DNA of 64,000 nt from Octopus vulgaris (GCA_951406725.2 OX597820.1:4030001-4094000); one strand, 5' to 3'; positions 1 to 12,559 are shown, numbered from the stretch's first letter. A program made the numbers and translations. The notes: a model not told the origin generated them from the letters alone.

Positions 1-549
1 GTTAGGAATGTGTCCCGGGTGTCAAAGGCGCGGCAGCCTGAAAAAATTTGGGAACCACTTCGTTAAATAGTGGCAAATGAATTTTGAACTAAATTGATGT
101 ATTGCAATGACCCACGTTTAGCAGATGATCAAAGGCAGTCAATCCGTGACCATCCATAATGTTATTGTTTAATAACTTCATTGATTCGTGTTGGATCGAA
201 GTGGTGCGGCTGGTAACGATAGCGACATTGTTTGTTGAGCGCAGATCTTCTCCAACAAAACTGGTTTCGAATTAAACACAGGTACAACAACATCAAAACA
301 CTGGAAAGAGCAGAAATGTTCAAATATTCACGTTCAAGCATTTAAATTTCCATCAGCGTCAGTTAAAACGATCAAAGATTGCAGGTTTTATGGCTGCGTA
401 TTTCAGAAGTTCATTAAGTGCATCGTCTGGAATTCAGGGTCACAAACAGATACGCGTGCGCGCCCCTAGGCACGTTGAGTAAGCGTTAAAATTTTTTTTA
501 TGTCCGTAATTACAATTTAACAAGTGGCAACATGTTGCATGTCAAATTA

Positions 550-1350
550 AGGTAAAAACGATATATTTTCAAGTGGAATAAATTATTTACATTTGACGGA
601 TATTTGTCCTGATCTTGTTTTCTAACACAACAAACAAGCTGATATACCCTTCGGCCTTCATCGGGTGTCTTGCGAAAACTTCGAACCTGGGTTGTCATTC
701 CTAAGATATTTTTCAATGTTATTATAATCATTCAGGTCACTGCCTGGAATCTTGGGGTTAGTAGCCTGCGCTCTTAACCACTACGCCATATGCCCATGAG
801 CAATTATGTAGTGAATTTTTAGGGCTTATAAATCTAATATTCTCCTCTTATTCTTCCTTAATACCAGTTCCCATAGTCTACTCCTATCTGCACTCGGTCT
901 GCTTAGGAGGTTGTTGTGTCCCAGCATATGTGCTGCTTCTTTTAGTTTTCGTATTTCCAGTGGTGTTCCCTGTCTATTATTTCAACTTCGTCCCACAGGG
1001 GGAGGTGGTCTCCATTTTCCCATACATGATCAGCTATACCCGATTTATCAATATCTCCCCATGTCACAGCTTTGCGATGTTCCTCTACCCTTATTTTGAG
1101 GGACGGCATGTTTCGCCTTTGTATACCCTACCACAGATGCATGGGATGGAGTACACCCAGTTTTTGGTCATGTTCTCTTCTGTTGGTGGTTTTACTCTAA
1201 GGAGATATTTGCAAAGTGTTGTATTACTCTTGAATACTCTCCTGACATTCATATGAGCCGCATATCTTTTGTATCTTTTCGGAGGGGCCTTTCACATTGG
1301 GTAGACAGACTGTAGACAGTTTATTGGCTTCTTCCTCTCTTTTCTTCATA
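550..1350 (-). mobile_element. Penelope-like element 3' fragment (GIY-YIG remnant, probably Poseidon-type) with 3' terminal region holding a tRNA-like box, AAT tract and degenerate hammerhead
   Basis: Reverse strand of ~860-1260 reads ..WVYSIPCICGRVYKGETCRP.., a GIY-YIG motif broken by stops and frameshifts. The downstream 550-800 matches the repeats at 42375-43006 and 62881-63392. 1367-1421 is an inverted copy of 1063-1113. Confidence 0.8.
624..669 (-). ncRNA. Degenerate type-I hammerhead ribozyme (family A)
   Basis: Minus strand: GACAC-CCGATGA-AGGCCG..CAGCT-(GAAA lost)-..GTGTT; homologous to the better copies at 42429, 42884 and 62963. Confidence 0.5.
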
Positions 1351-1664
1351 GTTGGAGTAGAAAAGAAAAACATGCCGTCCCCTCAAAATAAGGGTTGAGG
1401 AACATCGCAAAGCTGTGACACAGCAGTAAGAACCGAAGATGACCAATTTGTTAATAATAAATGTTCTTTCTAATCTCCATTAGAAAGACTTCGCTCGACC
1501 CCCACCACCATTTTCTCTCAAATTTGTTTATTAAAAATTTTTTTTTACCAAAAATCCCTGTTTTCGGATAGGGAGGTTCCGGAAAATTGCCAAAAGTCGG
1601 CATTGTGAAAATTCCCTCTCCCCCTTTCCACCCAACTTCTTCAATTTTGACTTTTTTCCGCAAC

Positions 1665-1750
1665 ACTAACTCTAAAACCCTAATCCTAAAACCCTAACCC
1701 TAACCCTACAACCCTGACCTTAACCCTAACCCTAAAACCCTAACCCGAAT
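1665..1750. repeat. Interstitial telomere-like (TAACCC)n degenerate array
   Basis: About 12 units of TAACCC/TAAAACCC/TGACCT variants. Confidence 0.8.
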
Positions 1751-2169
1751 CCTGATGTCCATATTATTCCGCATATTTAGAAAAGAGAAAATTCTTTAAA
1801 AAAACTTTTACAAAGATTTTTGGTAATTTTTTGTCAGAATCATAATCTCCGTATTTTTCCGCATATTTTATGAAAAAAAATTTCTGAAAAAAGATGAAAA
1901 TGAAGGAAAAGGGGGTCAGGGTGGTAATTTAGAAATGTCGAGTTTTGCCAATTTTTTTGCTGATTGTATTCCTCGTAACCGAAAAGTGAGGGTTTGTGTC
2001 GAAAAAAGAGTTTTAAAAAACGGTGGTTTGATGGGGGGATGGGCAGAAATCTTGCCAAAACTTCCTTTGAACACACACACACACTGACGCATATATATAT
2101 ATATATATATATACACACATTTTTTCCTCTCCATTCTTTCCTCTCCCCATCTGTTTTCCCTCTTCCTTC

Positions 2170-2205
2170 CTTTCCATAGAAAAACCTAAGCTCGAAACGT
2201 CAAAG
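2170..2205 (+). ncRNA. Degenerate hammerhead-like motif (family B)
   Basis: CTTT-CCATAGA-..GCTC-GAAA-CGTC-AAAG; homologous to 18911 and 45263. Confidence 0.4.
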
Positions 2206-2296
2206 ACTTCTTCGACTTTTTTCTGAGCATCAAAAGTAAAACAGTTTGTTTGCTGTCCCTCTGCCTGTGTCTGTTTTATTTTGTATTCTTTCGAAC

Positions 2297-2343
<47 letters not shown>

Positions 2344-2358
2344 TACATACACACACAC

Positions 2359-2426
<68 letters not shown>

Positions 2427-2541
2427 ATATCACCGTGACCGACCAGGCTATCAGATGTTGCTACACATCGCTGGTCACAATACACTTTACATTGCTTTCG
2501 CCTTCAAATGATGCCACTCCGCTGGCTAAGCGACCAGGCCA

Positions 2542-2573
<32 letters not shown>

Positions 2574-2622
2574 ATATATATATATAGATAGATAGATAGA
2601 TAGATAGAGGGGGGGAAGATAT

Positions 2623-2652
<30 letters not shown>

Positions 2653-2658
<6 letters not shown>

Positions 2659-2912
2659 TACAATATGTTACATTACTCGGTAGTCAAGATAAAACTCTGA
2701 GTTTCGGATGCCGAAGTGGAAATCCACAACACCATCTCTTCGGTTATCTGGCCAGATAACCGAAGAGATGGTGTTGTGGATTTCCACTTCGGCATACGAA
2801 ACTCAGAGTTTTATCTTGACTACCGAGTAATGTAACATATTGTATAGATAAATTTCCTCTATTTACATAATATTGAGGTCTCTTTCTTTCTTTTGTTATC
2901 TTACCGTTTTAT

Positions 2913-2914
<2 letters not shown>
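2653..2914. mobile_element. Fold-back PLE terminal unit (198-bp near-perfect palindrome plus tail) between (TA)n tracts
   Basis: Arms 2653-2751 and 2752-2850, centred on TGGCCA, one mismatch; homologous to the sequence 3' of the GIY-YIG remnant at 50790-50885. Confidence 0.8.
2755..2815 (+). ncRNA. Type-I hammerhead-like ribozyme (family C), mirrored on the minus strand at 2688-2748
   Basis: GATAA-CCGAAGA-GATG..CAT(C)C-GAAA-CTC A GAG-TT-TTATC: stem I GATAA/TTATC, stem II GATG/CATC (in the mirror copy), stem III ACTC/GAGT. Confidence 0.65.
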
Positions 2915-2965
<51 letters not shown>

Positions 2966-3489
2966 CCAGTTAAAAGAAGAAAAGAAAATAGATTTTGGCA
3001 AAAAATTTTTTTAAATAAACAAATTTGGGAGAACATGGGGGTGGGGTGGGGGGAAGGGCGGAAGTTTCAATTAAAGCTTTATTGTAAGTTTTCTTCAGCT
3101 GCTGTTTCCATCCCATTCTGAATTCCTACGCTGCCCATGTTTTTTCACTATACAGTAGTGGTCAACTTGAACGTGCTCAAGAGGGACATTGTTTTCCCCG
3201 TCTCCGTCATCGATCACAGCCTCTTACGCCACATAAAAACCAATACAAAAACAAAATATGAAAAGAAAAATATTTTAAAGAGATGATATTGATTTTGCTA
3301 AAAAAAAAAGAAGAAAATCACAAGGAGATATTTCTCGCAAAGCTGTTCATCTCTGTTTACTGAAATGGATAAGACACGATCAAGTAGGTCCTATTGATCT
3401 ATTGAGCTATTGAGCTATTGATCTATTGGCTACTTGTCCTAGCTTGAATATTTTTTGCTTGCTTTTAAACCGTCTCTAACATCTTCATC

Positions 3490-4700
3490 GATGAAATGTC
3501 TTTTTTCCCCTCCTTAACCATATTCAAACATCCTACATGATTAGCATAATTGGCTGAGGAGTATGTACAGATTGGCAAAAAAGTATGTTAAAATATAGCC
3601 GAATCATGTATCTGGTATGAAATTCCTGATCTACCATAAATGATCAGATGAGGGTGAGGGCCAAGGGAAAGGCAGCTTCAGCAAGAAGTGGTAGGTAACT
3701 TTGCTGGTGTCAGTTGTAAGGATGTTACTGTCACTGTAGTTCTCAAGTTCAATATGCATGAAGTTTGTTTTATGGGGGAAAAGAGCAAATATGCAAAGGA
3801 ACTGTTTCTGTACAAAGGATGAGAATTATTGAGATGATTATTATCGATCGGGAGATGTGAGAAACGAGAACGGGTGGTCGATAACTGACAAAGAAAAGTT
3901 TCCATGTTTAGCCATAAGTCTTGGTTGTGCGTGTTTTCAGAGGAAAGCGATCCATTGAAACGGATACTTAAAGAGAGAGAATTTGTAGAGCTTGGCAAAG
4001 ACATGCGATGGCTCTGGAGTGCTTCTTCTAGAAAAGTTGAAGGGCGTCCGGTAGGTCAAAGTCTTTGCTGCATGGAGTGATAAGGGAGACTGTGGGTGAA
4101 CCTTTTTAAAGACAATTATTGAGGAAATGGATAGCTTGAAAGGAATATAGAATCAGAAGCTGTATAAAGTCAGAAACCAACCAGGCAGCAAATGCAGAAG
4201 CTCATTTTAATAGGAACTTTATTTAAAGCAACACCTTGATGAAAGGTGACGTGGTAGAAAGTTGGCAGAGAATCTCTTCTAATGCAATGTGAATGCCAGG
4301 GAAAGCTTGAGGACTGAGCCATGTTTGAAACATTTCTTCTTTCTTTTTTTGGTTAATCCAGAAGACGTAAGCAATAGTTTGAGTCGGAACTGCTGAAGCG
4401 TAACTAGGTTTAAACATCTGTGAGGTTTTAGGTTACGGATTTTGCTTGTGTCATGGCTGTAAAGAGGCAGGCCAAGGAAGACAGTCTTGGTAATTTGCCA
4501 GAATTTTGGTCAGATCAGTTACTAATTAGTAAAATATAAGGTGTACTTTCTTGGTTAGACAGTGGTTAGTCAATACAGTGACCAGAAAGACACAGTGATG
4601 GCTGAGTGTAAAGACTGGTGTTAGACATAGGAAAGAATTCCAGAGTGTTTGAAATACCTAGGTGTCTGTCAAATTTATTGATAGATTTAGCAGACTAATG
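3490..4700 (-). mobile_element. Highly decayed LINE-like fragment
   Basis: Purine-skewed, coding-like composition with broken minus-strand frames; no clean motif recognised. Confidence 0.3.
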
Positions 4701-4789
4701 TATCGTTTTCCTTTCCTGCAAGGAATGGAACTTGAAGGGTCGGCTATTCCAAAACACTATCAATATTCCTATATAATTGTTTCTAACAA

Positions 4790-5080
4790 GATTCATTCAT
4801 TCATTCATTTGGTTCTCATTGTGCCTCGTGGCACATGTGGTGACAACAAGATCCTTCCACCTTCGAACAATGAAAGCATCTTTGACATCTAGTTCCATTG
4901 TTAAAACTCTGCTTTTAAGATCTTTTGCTCTCTGCTAAGTTTCCTTTGGTCGGCCCTGTCTTCTTTTACTTTTTGGAATCCATTGCAAAGCGATCCTGAC
5001 AACTGGGTTTGGTTTATAGGGTCAAACTCAACCCAGCCATTTCCATCTCCTTGCTTCAATAGTTTCCCTTATTAGTTTCT
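4790..5080 (-). mobile_element. RTE-clade LINE 3' fragment
   Basis: Minus strand gives RRWKWLG.., typical of the RTE RT C-terminus, ending in a short (GAAT)n tail. Confidence 0.6.
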
Positions 5081-7306
5081 AACAACAGATATTTCAAAAC
5101 AGCTCCTGATCCAGATACGAGGCTAGCAATTACGATGGGAAAGGCTGGTCAATAGCATTGATTTCAGTACTTCACGGGTACTTATTTCATTAATTTCGAT
5201 CGCATGAAAAGCACAACTGACTTCAGCAGAATTTTAAACCAAAACGTAAACATCGGTAACAGAAACAATGGATCGCTTTCCTCTATTCTAATGAATATTT
5301 TAAAGAAGAATTCATTTATTAGTTAAAATGTTCCACAGGGTTCAGTTAACAATCTTGACATTCTGAATTTAAATCTCAGAGAAGCCAGTTTGATCCTTCT
5401 TTTGGAGTCGATAAAGGAAAGTCCTAACCAAACAGAGGAGTCGTGTTAATCATCCAATATCCTTTGCAAAAAAGCGGTTTAACATCAATATTAGAAATCG
5501 ATATGAGTAGGATATAATCTCTTGTACCATGAACATATTTTCAAGTTGCACCTATCTCTTTTTTTTTTCTAACGCTTTGAAGACATATATAAGTTGCTGG
5601 TATATCAATTCTTCCTTGTAAAACGTCAATGCCAAGAGTTTCGTAAAAAGGCAGGTGAGGTGGGGATGGAGATTTGCAAGGGATGACGTTTATTTGTTTG
5701 CATCAACATTGATTTGTGGAGAGAGGAGATTAAATCCTTGAATAAATCTAAGTGATGGTTCTCTCTCCGTTACATTTTGATGTTCGTTAACTCCTCCTAG
5801 GCCATTGGTGCAACGACAATGAAACTCAAACCAGCAACTCCCCTAATCCCAGGGAATGTCCTAAGGGGTGGTATATTTTTTTAAGGGCCGCCTAATTGGG
5901 GCCCCACTGACCTCTTATTTTTACTGCCTTTTAAACTAAATACATGGCATTGGCGAGCAAATTGGGGCAATGTCAATGAATTTCATACCATGAACTCCCA
6001 GGGAGTATCGTAAAGAGGTTCAGTTTCCGAAGGGCCGCTTAAATGGGACCCACTAACCCTGCCTATTTTTATTGCATTTACCTCGCCCCTACGCTTATTA
6101 ATTAAACTATGATCATCATCAGTGCTTAGCACATTTTCAGAAATAAGTTTGGACATTTCTAAATACCTCCATGTACATTCAAATCAAGATAAAGAGTTAT
6201 AACAGGTACGTTTCAGGTGTGGTAGCGTGGACATTTATATTTTGTAGTTTATGAAACTTATGTCTGAGTATATATATAAATATATATTTGAAAGATATTG
6301 TTATAGGTGTAAAAAAAAAAAAAATAGGGGAGAAAAAGTTGTTAAATAAAAAATTAGATTTAATAGAAAATTGGATTCAATACATGTATTGAACCTAATT
6401 CTCCATTTTTTAATACCTGTTCATGGTATCTTTATACCTTTAACGATATTTTTCAACTACTATTTTCATATTCCTATTACTTACTCCGGCTGTTTTTTTA
6501 TGAATATGATGAATCTTTATTAGAAATCATTCTTTTCTCTCTTTTTGGATCTGTCAAAAAGTTTGAATTGCTCTTTTTGAACTTATTTTTTCTCACATAT
6601 ATAAATATTTTTAATTCTATGAGTTTCTCAGTTCAAAGCTGGTCAAACTTACAGTTCTTTTATGAATTTAAGATTCCTTCTACACTGACCTAGATTTTCT
6701 GTCACCACAGATATAGACTGACCTTTGTCTGTGGTATCTTCATTCCTTCTTACATCCCCATTTCTTTTCTCCTGATGTCCTTTGCTTTAGCTAAACCTAC
6801 CCACCGCTGTCTTATTTGCTTCTACTATAGAATTTTGTCTGCAACAGTTAGATGCAAACTTAACCGTGGTATGACCAATGTCTTTCCTCATGCCTCTTGG
6901 AACTTATACCCACATTTTTATGAGTAGATTTATCTTCTCTGGGATGTTAATAATGAATTTAAAAACTTTGTATTGTTGGAAAACATATATAGTCTGCTTG
7001 GAATCTTACTTCAGATTCATGGAACTCACTCCTATAACTTCATAAGGATATTTGGAAAACCTATATGTGATTTAGCTGATGAATACTTAACGTTATATTT
7101 GCTGTAATATTTGCAGCTTGAAATAAAATGTTTATAGTATGAAACAATTGTACTAAACTACCGATCCATTCTTGTTGCTTTTTTCTTGGTTATAATCACC
7201 CCACACAATTTTATGGTTAATACCATAAAGAATCCTGGTGTATCTAAGTTAAGTACCGCATTCATTTGAATCTTAATTGTTTTTGCTAAATATATATATA
7301 TGTATA

Positions 7307-7526
7307 TACTCTTTACTCTTTTACTCTTTTACTTGTTTCAGTCATTTGACTGCAGCCATGCTGGAGCACCGCCTTTAGTCGAGCAACTCGACCCCGGGAC
7401 TTATTCTTTTTGTAAGCCCAGTACTTATTCTATCGGTCTCTTTTGCCGAACCGCTAAGTTACGGGGACGTAAACACACCAGCATCGGTTGTCAAGCAATG
7501 CTAGGGGGACAAACACAGACACACAA

Positions 7527-7557
<31 letters not shown>

Positions 7558-7729
7558 CATATATACGACGGGCTTCTTTCAGTTTCCGTCTATCAAATCC
7601 ACTCACAAGGCTTTGGTCGGCCCGAGGCTATAGTAGAAGACACTTGCCCAAGATGTCACGCAGTGGGATTGAACCCGGAACCATGTGGTTGGTTAGCAAG
7701 CTATTTACCACACAGCCACTCCTGCGCCT
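7307..7729 (-). mobile_element. tRNA-derived CORE-type SINE (most abundant family here), full-length copy
   Basis: Head GGCGCAGGAGTGGCTGTGTGGTAA..GGTTC, CTTGGGCAAGT core, internal (TA)/(TG) microsatellite, (AAAAGAGT)n tail. Other full or partial copies at ~8227, 8502, 12032, 13835, 14333, 16310, 19580, 20547, 57902, 58845, 59010, 59690 and 61500. Confidence 0.9.
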
Positions 7730-7928
7730 ATGAGAGGTAATGGTGTCAAAAAGACCGAAAGGTGTCAGGTAATGCTGAGTAAGTACTATGGACAGACTAT
7801 AGTTAAGCTCCAGGTTCTGTGATTATGCAAATAGGAGTCTAACGTAGGTCATATACAAAAAAATTTTTTTTTCAGAATGAGATAAAAAACCAAGGCTGTG
7901 AAAATTTTAGAACATTTATAAATAGAAG

Positions 7929-7976
7929 GTCTTACAGCTGTTTCCAGGATATTTATTATATCCTTTCATTGGAGAC
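7929..7976 (-). ncRNA. Hammerhead-like motif (family D)
   Basis: Minus: GTCT-CCAATGA-AAGGATA..TATCCT-G-GAAA-CAGCTG-TA-AGAC. Palindromic stem III ACAGCTGT, GUA site, degenerate core. Adjacent inverted repeat at 7982-8081. Confidence 0.55.
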
Positions 7977-8210
7977 GGTGTGAGAAAGTGGTTAAGCAAT
8001 AGTTAATTTAGATAAGATAAGATACACTTCACTCTCTATTTCGTATCTTATCTGAATTAACTATTGCTTAACCATTTTCTCATTAGACTATTTTCCTTAG
8101 TCATTGCATGGTGGTCACTATAAACTTTAAGTTTATATAAATACCATTATTATTATTTACAGGATTATAAAACTTGGCATGGCATAACAAAACCATTTGC
8201 ACCAAAATAC

Positions 8211-8248
<38 letters not shown>

Positions 8249-8789
8249 GGCAGGCTTCTTTCAGATTCCATCTACCAAATCCACTCACAAGGCTTTTGTC
8301 AGCCTGAGGCTATAGTAGAAGACACTTGCCCAAGGTGCCACACAGTGGGACTGAACCTGGAACCATGTGGTTCGGAAGCAAGCTTCTTACCACACAGCCA
8401 CCCCTGGAACAAAACATCTGGTGTTCCACTTCTTTATGCATTACAAAACTTGCATAAATTTTTGTTCGTTAGCAGATAATTAATAATTACAAAATATATA
8501 AGGCGTAGGCGTGGTTCTGTGCTGAAGAACTTGGTTCTCAATCATGTGGTTTTGAGTCCAGTACCACTGCAGGGCACCTTATGTAGGTGCCTGGCACTAT
8601 AGCCCAGGGCAAATCAGTGCCTTGTGAAGGAATTTGGCTGACAGAAACTGTGTGGAATCACAAACATCACATACATACATTAAATAAATACATACATTAC
8701 ATAAATACATACATTACATAAATACATACATACATACATACATACATTACATGCATTACATAAATACATACATACATAGATACATTATT

Positions 8790-9290
8790 ATGGCTGCCCC
8801 CTCGTTATCAAGTATGGCCATTGCACGAAGTTTAACTGTTACTGGTGCTGTGATCGAATGTGACTTTTTAGCCCAGCTAAAGATCTACAATGTCTTGTAC
8901 AGAATTGGCAACTAAAACCTTTACCGGTAATAGCCGGCTGTAGTTGTAACTGGGCTTCATGTACCTTTGCATGTCGTTTAAGTCCTCCTGCCGAATTACT
9001 CTCTCTTCCACATGCCTGACAGATATGATTAGTATGGTGTGTTACACCACCACCAGTGGCCAGGTTGTCACTCATCTGTCTCGTTTTATGACTACGAAGA
9101 TGACTCATGAGTCCAGCTTTACTGAGGCAGGGTCTTGCACAGACACTGCATGTCAGCATCATAGGAAGACCCTTCCCATCTGGAAGTGTAACAGCGATGC
9201 CCTTCCTGACATCCCTCCTTACTTTCTCATGTGCAACTCGAGATTTCTCAAAAGTGGCTGTCCCCTCATGCACAATCCTTCTCCACCTGC
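8790..9290 (-). mobile_element. RTE-like LINE 3' end encoding three C2H2 zinc fingers
   Basis: ORF 8839-9348: WRRIVHEG..FE..R then CSVC..GLMSHLRSH, CQAC..GLKRHAKVH, CQFC..GLKSHIRSQH; ends in a TAA/(ATGT)n tract. Confidence 0.7.
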
Positions 9291-10399
9291 ATACATACAT
9301 ACACAAGCAGACAAATTTGAACTCACAGACAGGAAAATTTGAACTCACGGACAGGCAAAATACCGCTAAGCATTTTGCCTGGTGTGCGACCGATGCTGCC
9401 AGCTCGCCACCTTAAAATGAGAGTTAATAATGATGTCATACGTGAGTTCAATACCTCACGTTGAAAAGAGATCACAAATGAACTGTGTACAGTTTAAGAC
9501 GATTTAGTCAATGAATTAGTTAACAACAACAACGGTTATAGTTTCAAACCACTTTAATTGCAATATCTTGTGAACATCCTACACATATATTCATATCTAT
9601 ATATATATTTACACATACATATACATTACACTAATTAATAATATATCTTACAATAATTAATACTACTAATATATATATATATTGTCAGAACAGAGACAAT
9701 ATGACAAGATTGGAAGTTGGTAAACATTTTGGTGTGTGTGTGTGTGTACAAGCAAATCACCAAAACTGTTAGTCTTCTCATTTTATTATTCTGATTAAAA
9801 CAGCAAATAAAATACGGATAGGAACTACGTGGACAGAAAAAGAAATGAAAGCAACCAAGTGTAACATCAAGCAGGTTTTGATATTTAGCTTTCTTATCAA
9901 CAGCTGCCACTGCTAAATATGAAGAACTGGGACATGAAATTTCTGTTAAACATCCACTAAAAACTTGGAATCTAGACAAATAAACACCTGAATTTTCTAT
10001 CCTACCCTAATCTTTTTCAAAATCGTTAAGTTGTGAAACTGGTTAAGTAACTGTAATTTATATTTTCTTAATGACTTCAAGTGCATTTTCAACTTCCTTT
10101 TGAACACACACACACACATCTTTTGTGTGTGTTTATGTGTGCGTGTGGTTGTGTGTCTATGTGTGTCTGTGTGTGTGTGCATGTATATGTACGTATACAT
10201 ATAATAAATTTATTGTACTACAAATATGTTACAAATTTATTATATATATGTACGTATACATATATGTATACATACATATATTTTTATATATGTAAATATG
10301 CGTGTGTGTGAGTGTATATATATATATATATATATATACACTTACATACATGTATATATCCATATATATATATATATACACTTACATACATGTATATAT

Positions 10400-10449
<50 letters not shown>

Positions 10450-10635
10450 GCACTCACTTGTGTGCCCCCCACCCACAGATATATAAATTTATTGTACTAC
10501 AAATATGTTACAAATTTATTATACTATATATATATATACACACACACACACATACATATATACATGTGTAAACCAGGGAAAAGATGAACTTGTATATCTG
10601 TCAGTAGATTGGGTACATTATTCGAAACGTATAAC

Positions 10636-10904
10636 ATTAAATATCCACCACGGCTGATCTTACCAATTGGTTTCGTGAAATGAATATAATGGAGTGTCAG
10701 GTGACAAACCGATTATATAACTTTACGCTCATCAGAGTTAGACGATATGAAAAGGAATATGGCGACTGTCCTAGTTGCCTTTTTCCTTTCCATATCATTT
10801 AACTCTGATGAGCGTAAAGTTATATAATCGGTTTGTTGCCTGACATTCCATTGTATTCTTGATGCGAAACCAACCAGTAAGGTCAGCCATGGTGGACATT
10901 TAAT
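10636..10904. mobile_element. Fold-back unit with a hammerhead on each strand (family E)
   Basis: Arms ~10636-10752 and ~10783-10904. Plus: CTGATGA(10805)-GCGT..ATGC-GAAA(10866)-CCAACCAGTA-AGGTC. Minus mirror has GAAA-CCAATTGG-TA. Confidence 0.7.
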
Positions 10905-11411
10905 ACTATACATTTTGGATAATATATACATATATATATGTGAGTATGTGTGTGTTTGTGGAGGGTGGGGGTGCATGCAAGCACAATAATCATATTATTA
11001 AGCTGTAATTCTTCAAACAATAAGCTTATTAAATTATAAATATATGAGTTAGATAAAACATAAATCAATAAACTAAATGGATAACGCAAAAGCGACCTGA
11101 TGCTTGTTTCTCTTCTTTTCCTTTTTCTGGTTCATGTCCATCATAATTCCCCAGTATCCAAGTGTATCCTCAGTTGAATGAACCGTTAAGCAAAACAAGC
11201 TGGGCTTAGCGTGGGCATTGGGTCACCTTTTCCAAGAAGTGGGCCGCATGCAACATGGTTCGTAGTACTAAAAGATTTCAAAGCAATTTTTCGCTGGTCT
11301 GTCATTCAGAAAGTCCTGCAGGCTGCAGTTTGACCACAATAGCGTGGCCATTTGTCTTTTCCTAACCAGTTCTTATTTCTTCCTTTGTCAGCTAAAGAAC
11401 GGAAAGTTTAA

Positions 11412-11629
11412 CCCTTTAGTATTTAAACCGGCCATATCTGGCCAAAATATTTAATCTGTTTTTGCTCAAACTGACCAGATCCAGGCTCTCACACCTACCC
11501 TACAATGTTATTCTACATTAAGTAATTACACCATCAAGATCTTGAAGATATGAGATAATGCATGATTAATTCAAATCAATGTGAATCAATAGGCATTATG
11601 TTTGATAGAATAATCTGAACACTAAAGGG
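11412..11629. mobile_element. piggyBac-type MITE
   Basis: TTAA target duplication on both sides; TIR CCCTTTAGT/ACTAAAGGG. Confidence 0.85.
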
Positions 11630-11842
11630 TTAAGGAGGAACCATTCTGAGGTCAGTGTTTATGGCATTCTTTGCCTAAACACTATGCATTATCCATGTAT
11701 ACTAAATATCCATGATTTCATTTTAATACATCGAGATATCATTTACAAGCCATTTCATTTAAAAACTAAAGCATATTTCACAGAAGCATTATGTAACACA
11801 ACAAAAAAAACAAAACAAAGTAGGTGAAACATGGAATCTAAA

Positions 11843-11940
11843 TCAAAAGATCTTGTTGTTCAATAGCTGAGATATTATTATGATTGCAATTATACTTGAA
11901 GCTTGGGAAAAGTTTGGTGTTATCCATGAAGCAGCATTTT
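11843..11940 (-). CDS. Last coding exon of a probable GPI-anchored protein (..KNAASWITPNFSQASSIIAIIIISQLLNNKIF*)
   Basis: Acceptor TTTTATTTCATTACAG; phase-1 compatible with exon 13533-13586; small-residue omega site (NAA) plus hydrophobic tail and TGA. Confidence 0.65.
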
Positions 11941-12559
11941 CTGTAATGAAATAAAATTGATCTTAAAAATCCAGTATACACAACTGAGGCAGTATTAAAC
12001 AAAATAGACATCTGCGTATCACACTTAATGTAGGCGCAAGCGTGACTCTGTGGTAAGAAGTTTGCTTCCCAACCACATGGTCCTGGGTTCAGTCCTACTT
12101 CATGGTACCTTGAGCAAGTGCCTTCTACTATAAGGTTGGTGAGTGGATTCCGACAGAACCTGAAGGAAGCCGGTCGTTTATTCATCTGTGGTTGTTCCAT
12201 TTCTGTTTAGGATCTGATCAATTTAATCCCAGTTCTTGATCAATTCTTCATTGATCCCAGCAAGATGAAAAGCAAGGGTTGATCTCATCGTGATTTCAAC
12301 TAAAACCGAAAGTATTTAGTCCAACACTGTACCGTTTCTGCTTTCACATTCATCATCATCATCAACATCAACATCATTATAAATGTCGTCGTTGTCATCA
12401 TTTAACGTCTGTTTTCCATGCTGCCATCGATTTGATGGTTTGACAGGATCCAGCAGGAAGCTGTGCTGTGCCGAGCTCCGATGTTTGCCTTGATGTGTTT
12501 TTTTCTGTTTCTTTAATATGGCTGGATGTCTTTTCATGTCCTTCCTAATGCCAGATATT

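Noticed and set aside
1665-1750. True telomere
   Set aside because: Short, degenerate and internal.
2246-2587. ORFs rich in YI/HT/CV repeats (here and at about 10.2, 14.6, 15.7, 30.9, 41.2, 45.3 and 59.3 kb)
   Set aside because: Translations of (TA)n/(CA)n microsatellites, not genes.
7300-7740. Recurring ORFs such as ..[21 protein letters not shown]..
   Set aside because: Antisense translation of the abundant SINE.
9860-9985. Possible minus-strand exon (FQVFSGCLTEISCP..)
   Set aside because: Plausible acceptor but no good donor or partner exon.
10198-10530. ~45-bp direct duplication (ATAAATTTATTGTACTACAAATATGTTACAAATTTATTATA)
   Set aside because: Explained by local tandem duplication within microsatellite-rich DNA.
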